From positions 192,001 through 256,000 of the forward strand of contig JBITAJ010000028.1 of NCBI GenBank assembly GCA_044440125.1: a stretch of 64,000 bases of DNA. Reading direction: 5' to 3'. The DNA comes from Sedimentisphaeraceae bacterium JB056. GTDB taxonomy: Bacteria > Planctomycetota > Phycisphaerae > Sedimentisphaerales > Sedimentisphaeraceae. This document shows, one piece after another, positions 51,497-60,140 of this stretch. Under the pieces are notes generated by a model. It saw only the letters and a program-made list of their open reading frames with translations. It was not told the origin of the DNA and made no database searches. A program made the position numbers and the translations under genes. Every line of letters starts with the position of its first letter. The stretch's first letter is position 1.

Positions 51497-51910
51497 ATGG
51501 ATGTAAAAATCAAAAATCTTGATGCAGAGATGGCACTCAAGGCCAAAGGAATGGAACTGGATGTTAAAGGCCCCGGCGGCAAGTCCACAGTCGGTACTCT
51601 CGCAGTAAAGAAATCCGGGCTTGTATGGACAAAAGGTAAAGCAAAGCCGGTAAACATCACATGGAAGAAATTCCTCGCCATTGTTGATGACATGACTGCG
51701 CCTAAGGCTGCGGCAAAACCAGCAGCAAAGAAAGCCACAAAGAAAGCGGCTAAGAAAACAACTAAGAAGGCTGCTGCTAAAAAAGCAACAAAGAAGGTAG
51801 CAAAGAAAGCTACTAAGAAAGCTGCTCCAAAAAAGGCCGTTAAGAAGGCTGTAAAAAAAGTTGCAAAAAAAGCTAAAAAAGCAACAAAAAAAGCGACTAA
51901 GAAAGCATAA
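51497..51910 (+). CDS. Histone H1-like Lys/Ala-rich protein with N-terminal globular domain
   Basis: GGAG RBS; about 66-aa globular N-terminus followed by AKKA/TKKA repeats; terminator downstream. Confidence 0.8.
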   Translation: MDVKIKNLDAEMALKAKGMELDVKGPGGKSTVGTLAVKKSGLVWTKGKAKPVNITWKKFLAIVDDMTAPKAAAKPAAKKATKKAAKKTTKKAAAKKATKKVAKKATKKAAPKKAVKKAVKKVAKKAKKATKKATKKA

Positions 51911-51930
51911 TTCATTTAATGCTGAACGTT

Positions 51931-51971
51931 AAAGAGGCGTCGATGAAAATAATTCAAAGACGCCTTTTTTC
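51931..51971. terminator. Intrinsic terminator
   Basis: AAAGAGGCGTC...GACGCCTTTTTTT. Confidence 0.75.
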
Positions 51972-51981
51972 ATTCCACTCA

Positions 51982-53859
51982 TCAATTAATCGCAAAAGCA
52001 ATTATTCTTGCTGAAGTTCCTTTGCTTTTCGGATTCTTATCAGACGACAGCTTCAATTTCAATTTATGATTGCCTGTTGCCAATTCCTTTTCCAGCATAA
52101 CAGTTCGCGGGTAATGCAAACTCTCACTGAAATGGTGATACAAATCTGCGGTCTTTGTTTCGCTGTCATCAATTGAATATTCAACAATTCCCGCATCAGG
52201 ACCTGCAACAACAAAAAGACCAATTGCAGTTGAATCAAAATCAAGTTCAAACCAATCCTCAGGCTGCTCAGCACAAAGCATATTTATCTTACTAAACCTC
52301 TCACGGCTTTGGCCTTCTATATTCTTCCAATCAGGAATCTCGACTCTCCATCCCGAATCAATCGCCGCATTATCTACATCAAGAAGCAAACCATTGTAAT
52401 ATGAATACTCATCCATTAACTCAGGCATAGAATGCTCAGAACCGGCAACCCCGGCAGCAGTATAACAATTATTAAGCAGAGTTCTTATAGATTGTCCGTA
52501 AATCTCCGCGCCAAAATCCGCCGGATGCACTCCACCGAATTTCTCCCAGTCAAATTCACTGGCCGCCATCCTTACCGCTACATCAGATGCAAAATTAACA
52601 GAACACAAATTATAATGCTCAGCAACTTTTTCATGTGCCGCAATTTCCACAGGCACTTTTGACTCCTGATAAGAAGCAATATGTGATTCATTGGCAGTAT
52701 AAAGCAATACGACATCAGTAAAAGGATTCGCATTCAACGCATGCCTAACAATCCCCTCAATGCCTTTGATGCATTCATTCGGAGTATGTGCGGCATCTCC
52801 TTTATCATTGACAGCAAACTCAACAAACAACAGATCGATCTTGCCCTTGCTCAGAACATCACGTTCAAGACGAAACGCACCGGTAGTAGAACAGGTCGAA
52901 GCTATACCTGCATTGATGAATTCAAAATCTGTTTCAGGGAACATTTTCTGCAAAGTCTTGCACGCCTTCGGGCGGTAGCCATCCATCTCAGTAATCGAAC
53001 CGCCAAGAAAAGCAACCCTGCCCTTCTTAGTATCAGTAAATACAGAATAGCTGTTACCCAAATCACCGCGGGCAACGATATGATCATTCAAGCCGATAGT
53101 ATTGGCAAGTATAAAGTCGACTATCACAGTCGGATCTTCCAGACTGTGAGGGTGATGATCAACTCCCGCCTTCGACACAACCCTTATCCTGCCGCCAAGC
53201 TCTTCATACCTCTCAGCCAGCACATTCGTATTCTCTACCATCGGCACAGTCTGATCGACCTCTCCGCAAACATGCAGCAGCGGAATATCTGCCGCCGCTA
53301 TAGGTTCAAGATTGCCTATCGGAGTATCATTGAACTCTGCCGCACTCTTCTCATCAAGCCCGTAAATCGCAAGACACTTGACTTTATCCTCTTCGCTGCC
53401 CGGCCCACTCTTAAGCCCCAGCGGCCAGCTCTTGATATCACACACCGGAGCATCCGCATATATACACGAAACCTTATCGGGATTTTTTGCCGTCCAGTTG
53501 TAAACGATAAGTCCGCCGCGGCTGTAGCCTTCCATCGCAGGCTTTGTTGCAAATCCAAGCTTGCAGGTCATCAGCTCGTAGAACTTATCCCAGTGCGCGA
53601 CCGCAACCGGCGAACCATACATATCCGACACATCAATATACGCAACCGCAAATCCCCTGCCAAGCAAGGCAATATCAGTCTGCGGCTCATGGCCGAAGAA
53701 TCTCGCACGCCAAAGCCACGGCTTGCCGCTTGCATGCTCTTTAGGCATCACAATTATGCAATCGCGACCGTCAAAAACAAAGTCGTACCTGTCAAATCCA
53801 TAAAAATCGGATTTCTCTTTCTTTATACCGTCAAATGATTCACTGGAGATATTTCCCAT
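51982..53859 (-). CDS. Alpha/beta-hydrolase + SGNH/GDSL esterase fusion (carbohydrate esterase-like)
   Basis: GYSRGG nucleophile elbow and HHPHSL; second domain FLGGSIT, AG, EFAVND, GVHP. Confidence 0.85.
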   Translation of the reverse strand: MGNISSESFDGIKKEKSDFYGFDRYDFVFDGRDCIIVMPKEHASGKPWLWRARFFGHEPQTDIALLGRGFAVAYIDVSDMYGSPVAVAHWDKFYELMTCKLGFATKPAMEGYSRGGLIVYNWTAKNPDKVSCIYADAPVCDIKSWPLGLKSGPGSEEDKVKCLAIYGLDEKSAAEFNDTPIGNLEPIAAADIPLLHVCGEVDQTVPMVENTNVLAERYEELGGRIRVVSKAGVDHHPHSLEDPTVIVDFILANTIGLNDHIVARGDLGNSYSVFTDTKKGRVAFLGGSITEMDGYRPKACKTLQKMFPETDFEFINAGIASTCSTTGAFRLERDVLSKGKIDLLFVEFAVNDKGDAAHTPNECIKGIEGIVRHALNANPFTDVVLLYTANESHIASYQESKVPVEIAAHEKVAEHYNLCSVNFASDVAVRMAASEFDWEKFGGVHPADFGAEIYGQSIRTLLNNCYTAAGVAGSEHSMPELMDEYSYYNGLLLDVDNAAIDSGWRVEIPDWKNIEGQSRERFSKINMLCAEQPEDWFELDFDSTAIGLFVVAGPDAGIVEYSIDDSETKTADLYHHFSESLHYPRTVMLEKELATGNHKLKLKLSSDKNPKSKGTSARIIAFAIN

Positions 53860-53899
53860 TTTCTACTCCTGTTTACAACCTAACCATATTCACACAAAT

Positions 53900-53927
53900 A
53901 AAAAAGGCTCCCGTTTTGGAAGCCTTT
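53900..53927 (-). terminator. Terminator after serS
   Basis: AAAAAAGGCT...AGCCTTT. Confidence 0.65.
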
Positions 53928-53954
53928 GAGTCTTTCAGTATTTCGCCAATTACT

Positions 53955-55229
53955 TTACTTTTTGACAATCTTTTCCTTGCCGCCCATATACGGCCTGAGT
54001 ACCTCAGGTATAGTGATAGAACCATCGGCATTCTGGTAAAGCTCCATAATCGGAATCAAAACACGCGGCGAAGCAATAACAGTATTGTTCAGCGTATGAC
54101 AGAACACATTTCTCTTCGTGTCCTTTTCCTTATATCTGAGGTTCATACGCCTTGCCTGGAAGTCGTAGAAACGACTGGCCGAATGCGTCTCGCCGTAGCT
54201 CTCACGTGAAGGCATCCATGTCTCGATATCATACTTCTTAGCCTGTCCCTTGCCAAGATCGCCGCTGCAGACATTTACAACCCTGTAAGGAAGCTTCAAC
54301 GCCTGCAATACGCCCTCGGAATTGGCAAGTATCTCATCATGATACTTCTTGCTCTCTTCGATATCGTTCTTGCAGATGATAACCTGCTCAACCTTCTCGA
54401 ACTGATGTATCCTGTAAAGTCCGTGAGTATCTTTGCCCGCGGCTCCGGCCTCACGCCTGAAACAGTTACTCATCGCGCATATCTTCACCGGCAGATCATC
54501 TTCGCTCAAAATCTCATCGCTGTGATAAGCAGTCAGCGGCACCTCTGCGGTACCGACAAGGCTGAGCTGATCGCGTTCAAGCATATAGGTCTGCTCTTCG
54601 GCTCCGGGGAAGTAACCCGTGCCCCTCATAGCCTCTTCACGCATCAGAAGCGGCACAGACATCGGAGTGTAGCCTCTCTGGTTCATAAAATCGATACTGA
54701 ACCTGAGCACCGCCCAGTGAAGCATCGCACCATCACCCTTGAGGAAGTAGTTTCTCGTACCCGCAAGCTTGACACCCCTCTCGATATCAAGCATATCAAG
54801 ATCAATACCAAGCTGAACATGGTCCTTAGGCTCAAAATCAAACTCACGAATCTCGCCGACCTTGCGGAGCTCAACATTTTCCGTATCATCCTTGCCAAGC
54901 GGCACATCTTCGTCAGAAGGCTGCGGCACAAAAAGCATAAGCTTGTCGAATTCAGGAGTAAGCTCCTTGAGCTCTGAATCAACCTTGCCCTCATCTTCTT
55001 TCAAAGATGCAAGTTTAGCAAGAGCATCTTTCTTCTCATCAGGAGAAAGCTTCGGTATCGTCTTGCCAACACTATTCTTTTCTGTAGCGATATCCTGCAA
55101 TTTAGCCTTAAGGTCACGAATCGAAGCGTCAAGCTCGATCAATCGGGCAATATCCACATCAAAATGCTTGTCTATCGCCGCTTGTTGGTATTTTTCAGGA
55201 TTTTCACGTATCAGTTTTATATCTATCAT
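53955..55229 (-). CDS. serS: Serine--tRNA ligase
   Basis: MIDIKLIREN, GTAEVP, FRREAG, RIHQFEKVEQ, HTLNNT. Confidence 0.98.
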   Translation of the reverse strand: MIDIKLIRENPEKYQQAAIDKHFDVDIARLIELDASIRDLKAKLQDIATEKNSVGKTIPKLSPDEKKDALAKLASLKEDEGKVDSELKELTPEFDKLMLFVPQPSDEDVPLGKDDTENVELRKVGEIREFDFEPKDHVQLGIDLDMLDIERGVKLAGTRNYFLKGDGAMLHWAVLRFSIDFMNQRGYTPMSVPLLMREEAMRGTGYFPGAEEQTYMLERDQLSLVGTAEVPLTAYHSDEILSEDDLPVKICAMSNCFRREAGAAGKDTHGLYRIHQFEKVEQVIICKNDIEESKKYHDEILANSEGVLQALKLPYRVVNVCSGDLGKGQAKKYDIETWMPSRESYGETHSASRFYDFQARRMNLRYKEKDTKRNVFCHTLNNTVIASPRVLIPIMELYQNADGSITIPEVLRPYMGGKEKIVKK

Positions 55230-55402
55230 TATTGAACCTCGCCGATTCACGGCTTTTCAAATAGTTTCATATACACAAATTGCTACATTTTTACAACAAA
55301 AAGGCCATTATCGTAAAAAAAACACCATTGTCAATCAAAATCAAAACCCAAAAACAAAGCCGCACCCATATCGCCCAAAAGTCTCATAAGTCGCACTCAA
55401 TA

Positions 55403-55723
55403 CATAAAAAATTCAGCCAAACAGCTGTATTTGTCAGAAAATTAGCCTCGCAGAAGGATTCAAATTCCGATTCGTTTCGAACTTTCTTTGAGACAAGAAA
55501 GGGCGAAATAGTAGCTAATATCGCAATATGCCTTATCTATCAGACAAAATATCTGCTTGGTAAGCAAATCGAGCAACTCGAAGCCGATTTCCTTAAGCAC
55601 GGCGGAATAAGAGAGAGAATGACCGCCGCAAGAATCGCCGCACGCAACAAAAAAAAACATAACCACCGTCCCATATGTCCCAAAAGTCTTATCAGTCCCA
55701 TGAATATCACTATACGAGAATAA
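55403..55723 (+). pseudogene. 5'-truncated four-helix-bundle suffix-domain protein (TIGR02436/TIGR04258-like)
   Basis: Only the C-terminal half is present: VRKLA...FFETR..EIVANIAICLIYQTKYLL.KQI..LE.DFLK.GGIRERMT.AR; flanked by 9-mer GTCCCATAn-like tracts; no credible start/RBS. Confidence 0.7.
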
Positions 55724-55924
55724 GAACGGTAGACAACCCTATTTAATTTCACTTATACGGTGTCAATGGAGTAATAAGAGATAATAACCGCCGCAAGTAA
55801 CAAAAATAAAAGACAGTTAAAAAGCAATTAATAATATTAATACTGTTTATTTCAAATACTCTAAAGTCATAATATTTTAATCTACTTGTTTAGAGCAAAA
55901 ATAACTTAAAATTAGACAATATAC

Positions 55925-57235
55925 TTAAATACATTCTATCAATTTTCGTTGAATTAAACCCTCGTATTTCGATATTTTATGTATCTGACCTCTAACACTA
56001 GCACTATAATATCTTGAATAGATATCGGGGTATATATCCGCTATATTGATTGGTATATTTAATTGTTCTAAATCAGCCAAGGTAATATATTCTGCACCAC
56101 TTCCCCTAAGAATTAAACCCTCAATTTGTTTAAATGAAAGAATAGTTCTTAACGCAAAAAATAACTGTTTTTTTCTATCCTCTGATTTAGGACGAACTAT
56201 ATACACACAATCAGTACAACCACCACCATGAGTCCCTGTTAACATACCTAATGATTTTTGACAATTTCTACCAATTCTTTTAAGTAAAAAATCATTGGGT
56301 TGTACAACATAAGGACCTATATTCCCCTCTACGTTTTTAACTCGTTGATGATTCCATCTACCATTTCGATAATCAGTTGTATGAATTGCACTATTAACCC
56401 CATGAGGTGAGGATGCATTACCTCTATATACATCAGCAAGATCAGACAAAGGTATCCAGCCTGCATTGGAAGATCTTAACTGAAGATTATCAAACCATTG
56501 TTTTGCGGCATAAAATCGATAATCCAAACGCATACCATCCTCTAAAGAACATGGACTCAAAACTATATTGTCGGGATTTTTTAATCTATGATTATGTAAT
56601 TTGATTGGTTTTGTTTTTGTAGATTTCTCAAAAACAAACAAATAGACACGAGCCTCAACTTTCTTAAACGTAAATTTTGAAAGCTCATGCACATGAGATA
56701 TTTTCCCAATATTTAATAGATATTGTCTTACACATTCTGATGCTTTTCCTGAAATAACAGAGGCAGGAAGAATTGCTAAAATACGACCTTGCGGTCTTAG
56801 GAATTGGACAGCATTTACTATAAAAACAGATTCAATTGGTAGTTTTTTTACTAACTCAGGAGATTTTGTTGTGGCTGGTATTTTCACCTCACGCCATTCT
56901 TTTCTTTGACCAGAAAATGGAGGATTCATTACAATACAATCGAACAACTTATCATCTTCTACAACTATGTCATTGGACTCAATATCTAAAAAATCTTTAT
57001 TTATTAAATTAAGAGAATCTCCTAAATGAGGGCTTAAAAAATCGTCAACAAATTCAAGGACTTTACCATCAATATCTACACAATAAACTATACCTTTATT
57101 ATTTACCAATCTTCGCAAAAATGGTTTAATAAGAATACCTGTTCCAACTGCAGGATCAAGTATTTTTTTTATACCTTTTGGCGCCCAACGAGCAAGAGCA
57201 AAAGCAACATCATCAGGGGTTTCATATCTCTTCAT
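55925..57235 (-). CDS. N6-adenine DNA methyltransferase (gamma class) with C-terminal TRD/HsdS-like region
   Basis: YETP, ILDPAVGTG (motif I), DCIVMNPPF (motif IV), ILPAS; RLDYRFY..IPLSDLADVYRG TRD-like start; start MKRYETP overlaps the upstream gene by 14 nt. Confidence 0.85.
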   Translation of the reverse strand: MKRYETPDDVAFALARWAPKGIKKILDPAVGTGILIKPFLRRLVNNKGIVYCVDIDGKVLEFVDDFLSPHLGDSLNLINKDFLDIESNDIVVEDDKLFDCIVMNPPFSGQRKEWREVKIPATTKSPELVKKLPIESVFIVNAVQFLRPQGRILAILPASVISGKASECVRQYLLNIGKISHVHELSKFTFKKVEARVYLFVFEKSTKTKPIKLHNHRLKNPDNIVLSPCSLEDGMRLDYRFYAAKQWFDNLQLRSSNAGWIPLSDLADVYRGNASSPHGVNSAIHTTDYRNGRWNHQRVKNVEGNIGPYVVQPNDFLLKRIGRNCQKSLGMLTGTHGGGCTDCVYIVRPKSEDRKKQLFFALRTILSFKQIEGLILRGSGAEYITLADLEQLNIPINIADIYPDIYSRYYSASVRGQIHKISKYEGLIQRKLIECI

Positions 57236-58148
57236 CAACAGCTCCAAAATCAATGTCGAAAAGATGCCATTTTGAAGTTTTAGAACTCCTTCCAGTCTTC
57301 TTTGACGGAAAATCATACACAAGTGCCACATCCTCATGCTCACATGCAAAAAGAGCTGCACCAATAGCATGAGGTTTGGTTCCAATAGGGCTAATCAAAA
57401 GTCTTTCTCTATTACTTGGGTCACACGATTTATAAATCTTCTCTATAACATTATATGCAACTTTAGGGTTTTGTGCGCCACTATATAAAATATTCCTACC
57501 TGCATTCTTTTCTTGCAAGATAGAAACACTATTTGCAAAAGAATTCATCTCCCAACCAGGATGGAAAGCCGGAACTCCGTAGACAAAAGAACACATTGAT
57601 GGCTGAATTTCTAAGCTTTCAAACGCCTGACGTAAGCGGTCACCCTCATAACCGAGCAAGAATAATGCTTTTGTAGATATGCCTTTCCTCAACATATATG
57701 TTGCGTACGGAATTCCCACAAAACCTTTTATTTCGTCTGATAACTCAAAATCTCTCTTACTTAAAACATATCTTTTATGAGGATCTTTCGTGTAGTCTTG
57801 TGGCTCCATATATAATAAAGTGGTCTTTTTTCGCGACATACCTTTAATCGCACGGCATGCAAGAAAAATTTCCACAAACCCGAGAGTTGTGGTCTCTAAT
57901 AATATAGAACCTTCTCCCAATCCCTCTATTAACTCTTCAATATCCTCGGCACAGTATGTTTTATCATCGAAAAATATTCTCAATGAATTTGGGCAATATT
58001 CTAATTTGTGGGTATTGACACATTTATCTTCACAAAACTTTATAGCAGAGCGACCTCTGTCATCTACGCTAACCCCACTAATAGCATGATCCCATCCTGA
58101 AAAATGCAAGTCACCCTCATTTTCTCCACATTGCATTGAAATTTTCAT
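57222..58148 (-). CDS. Hypothetical protein, possible duplicated Rossmann/CARF-like fold
   Basis: 308 aa; LLETTTLG, YMEPQDY, LLGYEGDR, GVPAFHPGW, ISPIGTKPHAIG, LVYDFP; ATGA overlap with the ATPase. Confidence 0.7.
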   Translation of the reverse strand: MKISMQCGENEGDLHFSGWDHAISGVSVDDRGRSAIKFCEDKCVNTHKLEYCPNSLRIFFDDKTYCAEDIEELIEGLGEGSILLETTTLGFVEIFLACRAIKGMSRKKTTLLYMEPQDYTKDPHKRYVLSKRDFELSDEIKGFVGIPYATYMLRKGISTKALFLLGYEGDRLRQAFESLEIQPSMCSFVYGVPAFHPGWEMNSFANSVSILQEKNAGRNILYSGAQNPKVAYNVIEKIYKSCDPSNRERLLISPIGTKPHAIGAALFACEHEDVALVYDFPSKKTGRSSKTSKWHLFDIDFGAVDEEI

Positions 58149-60139
58149 GCCTCACCTTCCTCTAAAAGGTGAGAAAATAAAGTTGGATTAGCATCATCAA
58201 GTGAGACTTTCCATTTATTGGAATAACTCTTTAATAGACTCTTTTTTTCTTCATAATTCCCATTTATTAACACTCTAATCTCTTCAGTCTTTAATTCTAT
58301 TTTTCTTTTTTTTCGGTATGTAATATTAAAATAAGGTGAATATATAGGGTTCAAAATATATTCATAATTCGTCTGTTGTATTGAGGGATCTTTAATTTTA
58401 GTTTCTTCCACCTTAAATAGAACAGACCACTTGACCGCCTCTTTCAAAAGGTTAAAATCTTCTTCTGTCAATGATTCACCTTTAGATATAACAAAATGCG
58501 AACGCTCTGGTTCACTTTGTGCTAATATACGATGTGATAGTGCAAATAACGAACCAAGACTTAAAGTGAATGAATGCAATTTATTTCCAAATCTTCCGAA
58601 GCTGCTAACCTCTTCTAAGAATATCGCACTTGTTTGCCTCGCTGCAATAGCTTGGTTAGAAGCTGAAACGACTAACTGGTCAGTGCTATCCATTTCAATA
58701 CTTTGAACTGATTTATGACATAACTCTAAGAAATGCCTTAGATTGCCTCGAGATAATGAACAAAAAGTTTCGAATCCAGAATAGAACTCACAAGTTACCG
58801 AATGGCTTTCATACAATGATAAAAGACAACCAATAAAGTTGTTATGAATCCAATTAGTTCTACCTGTAAAATCATTATCTTTCCCCTCTTTAAGTTTATT
58901 AAATTCTTCGAGAATCTTTTGAGGTTTTAATCGTGATCGATAAAGCAATGCTGAATTTATAATCGTTGCCTTTGGCAGTTTTTCATCATAAAAATCATTA
59001 ATACCAAAACTCTCATTTCTGCTTTTCAATGCTTTTTCTATTCGCTTCTTGATTTTTTTATTTAGTGTAGTGTCTTGAAAGACTTCCTTTGAAAGTTCTT
59101 CCTCAGTTTTCCCGGGAAATAGCTTATTTATTTGATTAATTAGTCTTGTTTTGTACTTATTACACCTTCTCTTATTAAGACTTTCAGGATTCCGAAGATT
59201 CTTACAATCTATTGGAATTGACTCGTACCCAGCTTGCTCTAAATTCAAATAAAGAACTTCAGCTGCAAATATTGGGAATTGATGATCTATAAGATATTGG
59301 TCAATGTCGTGAACTCTATAATCTGCGACATCATTAATAGATTCATCTCCATCTGTCCTAGTCGTTTTAAAGCCATTTCTCTTCATTGCAATATTAAAAA
59401 TCAAAGGTGATTCACTATGCTTTAAATAAGTATTAATAATCCTTTGCTGGTATTCATGTAAATTTTCATATTCATCTACATAAACGAAAAAATTGGTATT
59501 CTCTAACAGCTTTACCTGTCGTTGGATTTCTGAAACCAGAGCATGAAGGAATTTATCACCTGGTAAAAATGATGGCTCCTCCTTTCTACGAGCATTGGCA
59601 ACCCACGAATCAAATTCCCATAATTCATTTTCTAAATTATCAATTAAACCCCTTATTCCCACATCAAAATTCTCACCAAATGGCAATAATCGCTTAAATG
59701 AAACATTTGCAATATCTTCACTGCTAATTAAGTCTGGCTGGTTTCCTTCTATATTCAGAATACTGTTAAGTATCTCAATGCCCAGCACTAAAGCAAGCAA
59801 ATGCCTAAATGCCGATTCCCAAACATCATCTTCATGTCCCCGCTCTATCATAAGCCTAGCAAATTGTGTATCTGCCCGCCAATATAGACCTATACGAGAA
59901 ACTGCATTGCAATCAATTGACACTCTATCAGGAGAAAAGATGCTTTGGTGTGAAAGGTATCTTAAAAGCATGGTTTTCCCACATCCCCGACCACCAACTA
60001 TAACACATGGTTTTCGTCCCTCTTTTAAGTCAAGTTTATCAAAGAATGGAGGCACAACGAAATGTTTCCAAACATCATACCCAAGCTCTTCGGTTCTATT
60101 TTTAGTAAATACAGTGCTAATATCTTTTGTTTCACTCAT
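58145..60139 (-). CDS. ORC/CDC6-like (STAND-related) P-loop ATPase
   Basis: Walker A GGRGCGKT, Walker B FVYVDEYE, LSRGNLRHFLELC, C-terminal wHTH-like YILNPIYSPYF; start MSETKD 1 nt after the upstream stop. Confidence 0.82.
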   Translation of the reverse strand: MSETKDISTVFTKNRTEELGYDVWKHFVVPPFFDKLDLKEGRKPCVIVGGRGCGKTMLLRYLSHQSIFSPDRVSIDCNAVSRIGLYWRADTQFARLMIERGHEDDVWESAFRHLLALVLGIEILNSILNIEGNQPDLISSEDIANVSFKRLLPFGENFDVGIRGLIDNLENELWEFDSWVANARRKEEPSFLPGDKFLHALVSEIQRQVKLLENTNFFVYVDEYENLHEYQQRIINTYLKHSESPLIFNIAMKRNGFKTTRTDGDESINDVADYRVHDIDQYLIDHQFPIFAAEVLYLNLEQAGYESIPIDCKNLRNPESLNKRRCNKYKTRLINQINKLFPGKTEEELSKEVFQDTTLNKKIKKRIEKALKSRNESFGINDFYDEKLPKATIINSALLYRSRLKPQKILEEFNKLKEGKDNDFTGRTNWIHNNFIGCLLSLYESHSVTCEFYSGFETFCSLSRGNLRHFLELCHKSVQSIEMDSTDQLVVSASNQAIAARQTSAIFLEEVSSFGRFGNKLHSFTLSLGSLFALSHRILAQSEPERSHFVISKGESLTEEDFNLLKEAVKWSVLFKVEETKIKDPSIQQTNYEYILNPIYSPYFNITYRKKRKIELKTEEIRVLINGNYEEKKSLLKSYSNKWKVSLDDANPTLFSHLLEEGEA

Positions 60140-60140
60140 T

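Noticed and set aside
51481..51915. 144-aa Phe/Ala/Leu-rich minus-strand ORF resembling a membrane protein
   Set aside because: Mirror of the Lys/Ala codon repeats of the histone-like gene, which has the RBS and terminator.
52741..53838. 365-aa plus-strand ORF
   Set aside because: Antisense shadow of the hydrolase/SGNH gene; no recognisable motifs or RBS.
55280..55402. N-terminal part of the 147-aa ORF 55280-55723
   Set aside because: Translates the serS promoter region and repeats; only the downstream part resembles a protein family, so it was called a pseudogene.
57236..57385. 50-aa N-terminal extension of the MTase in the ORF track (likewise 60140-60214 for the ATPase)
   Set aside because: Overlaps the upstream gene extensively; internal ATGs give typical coupled starts.
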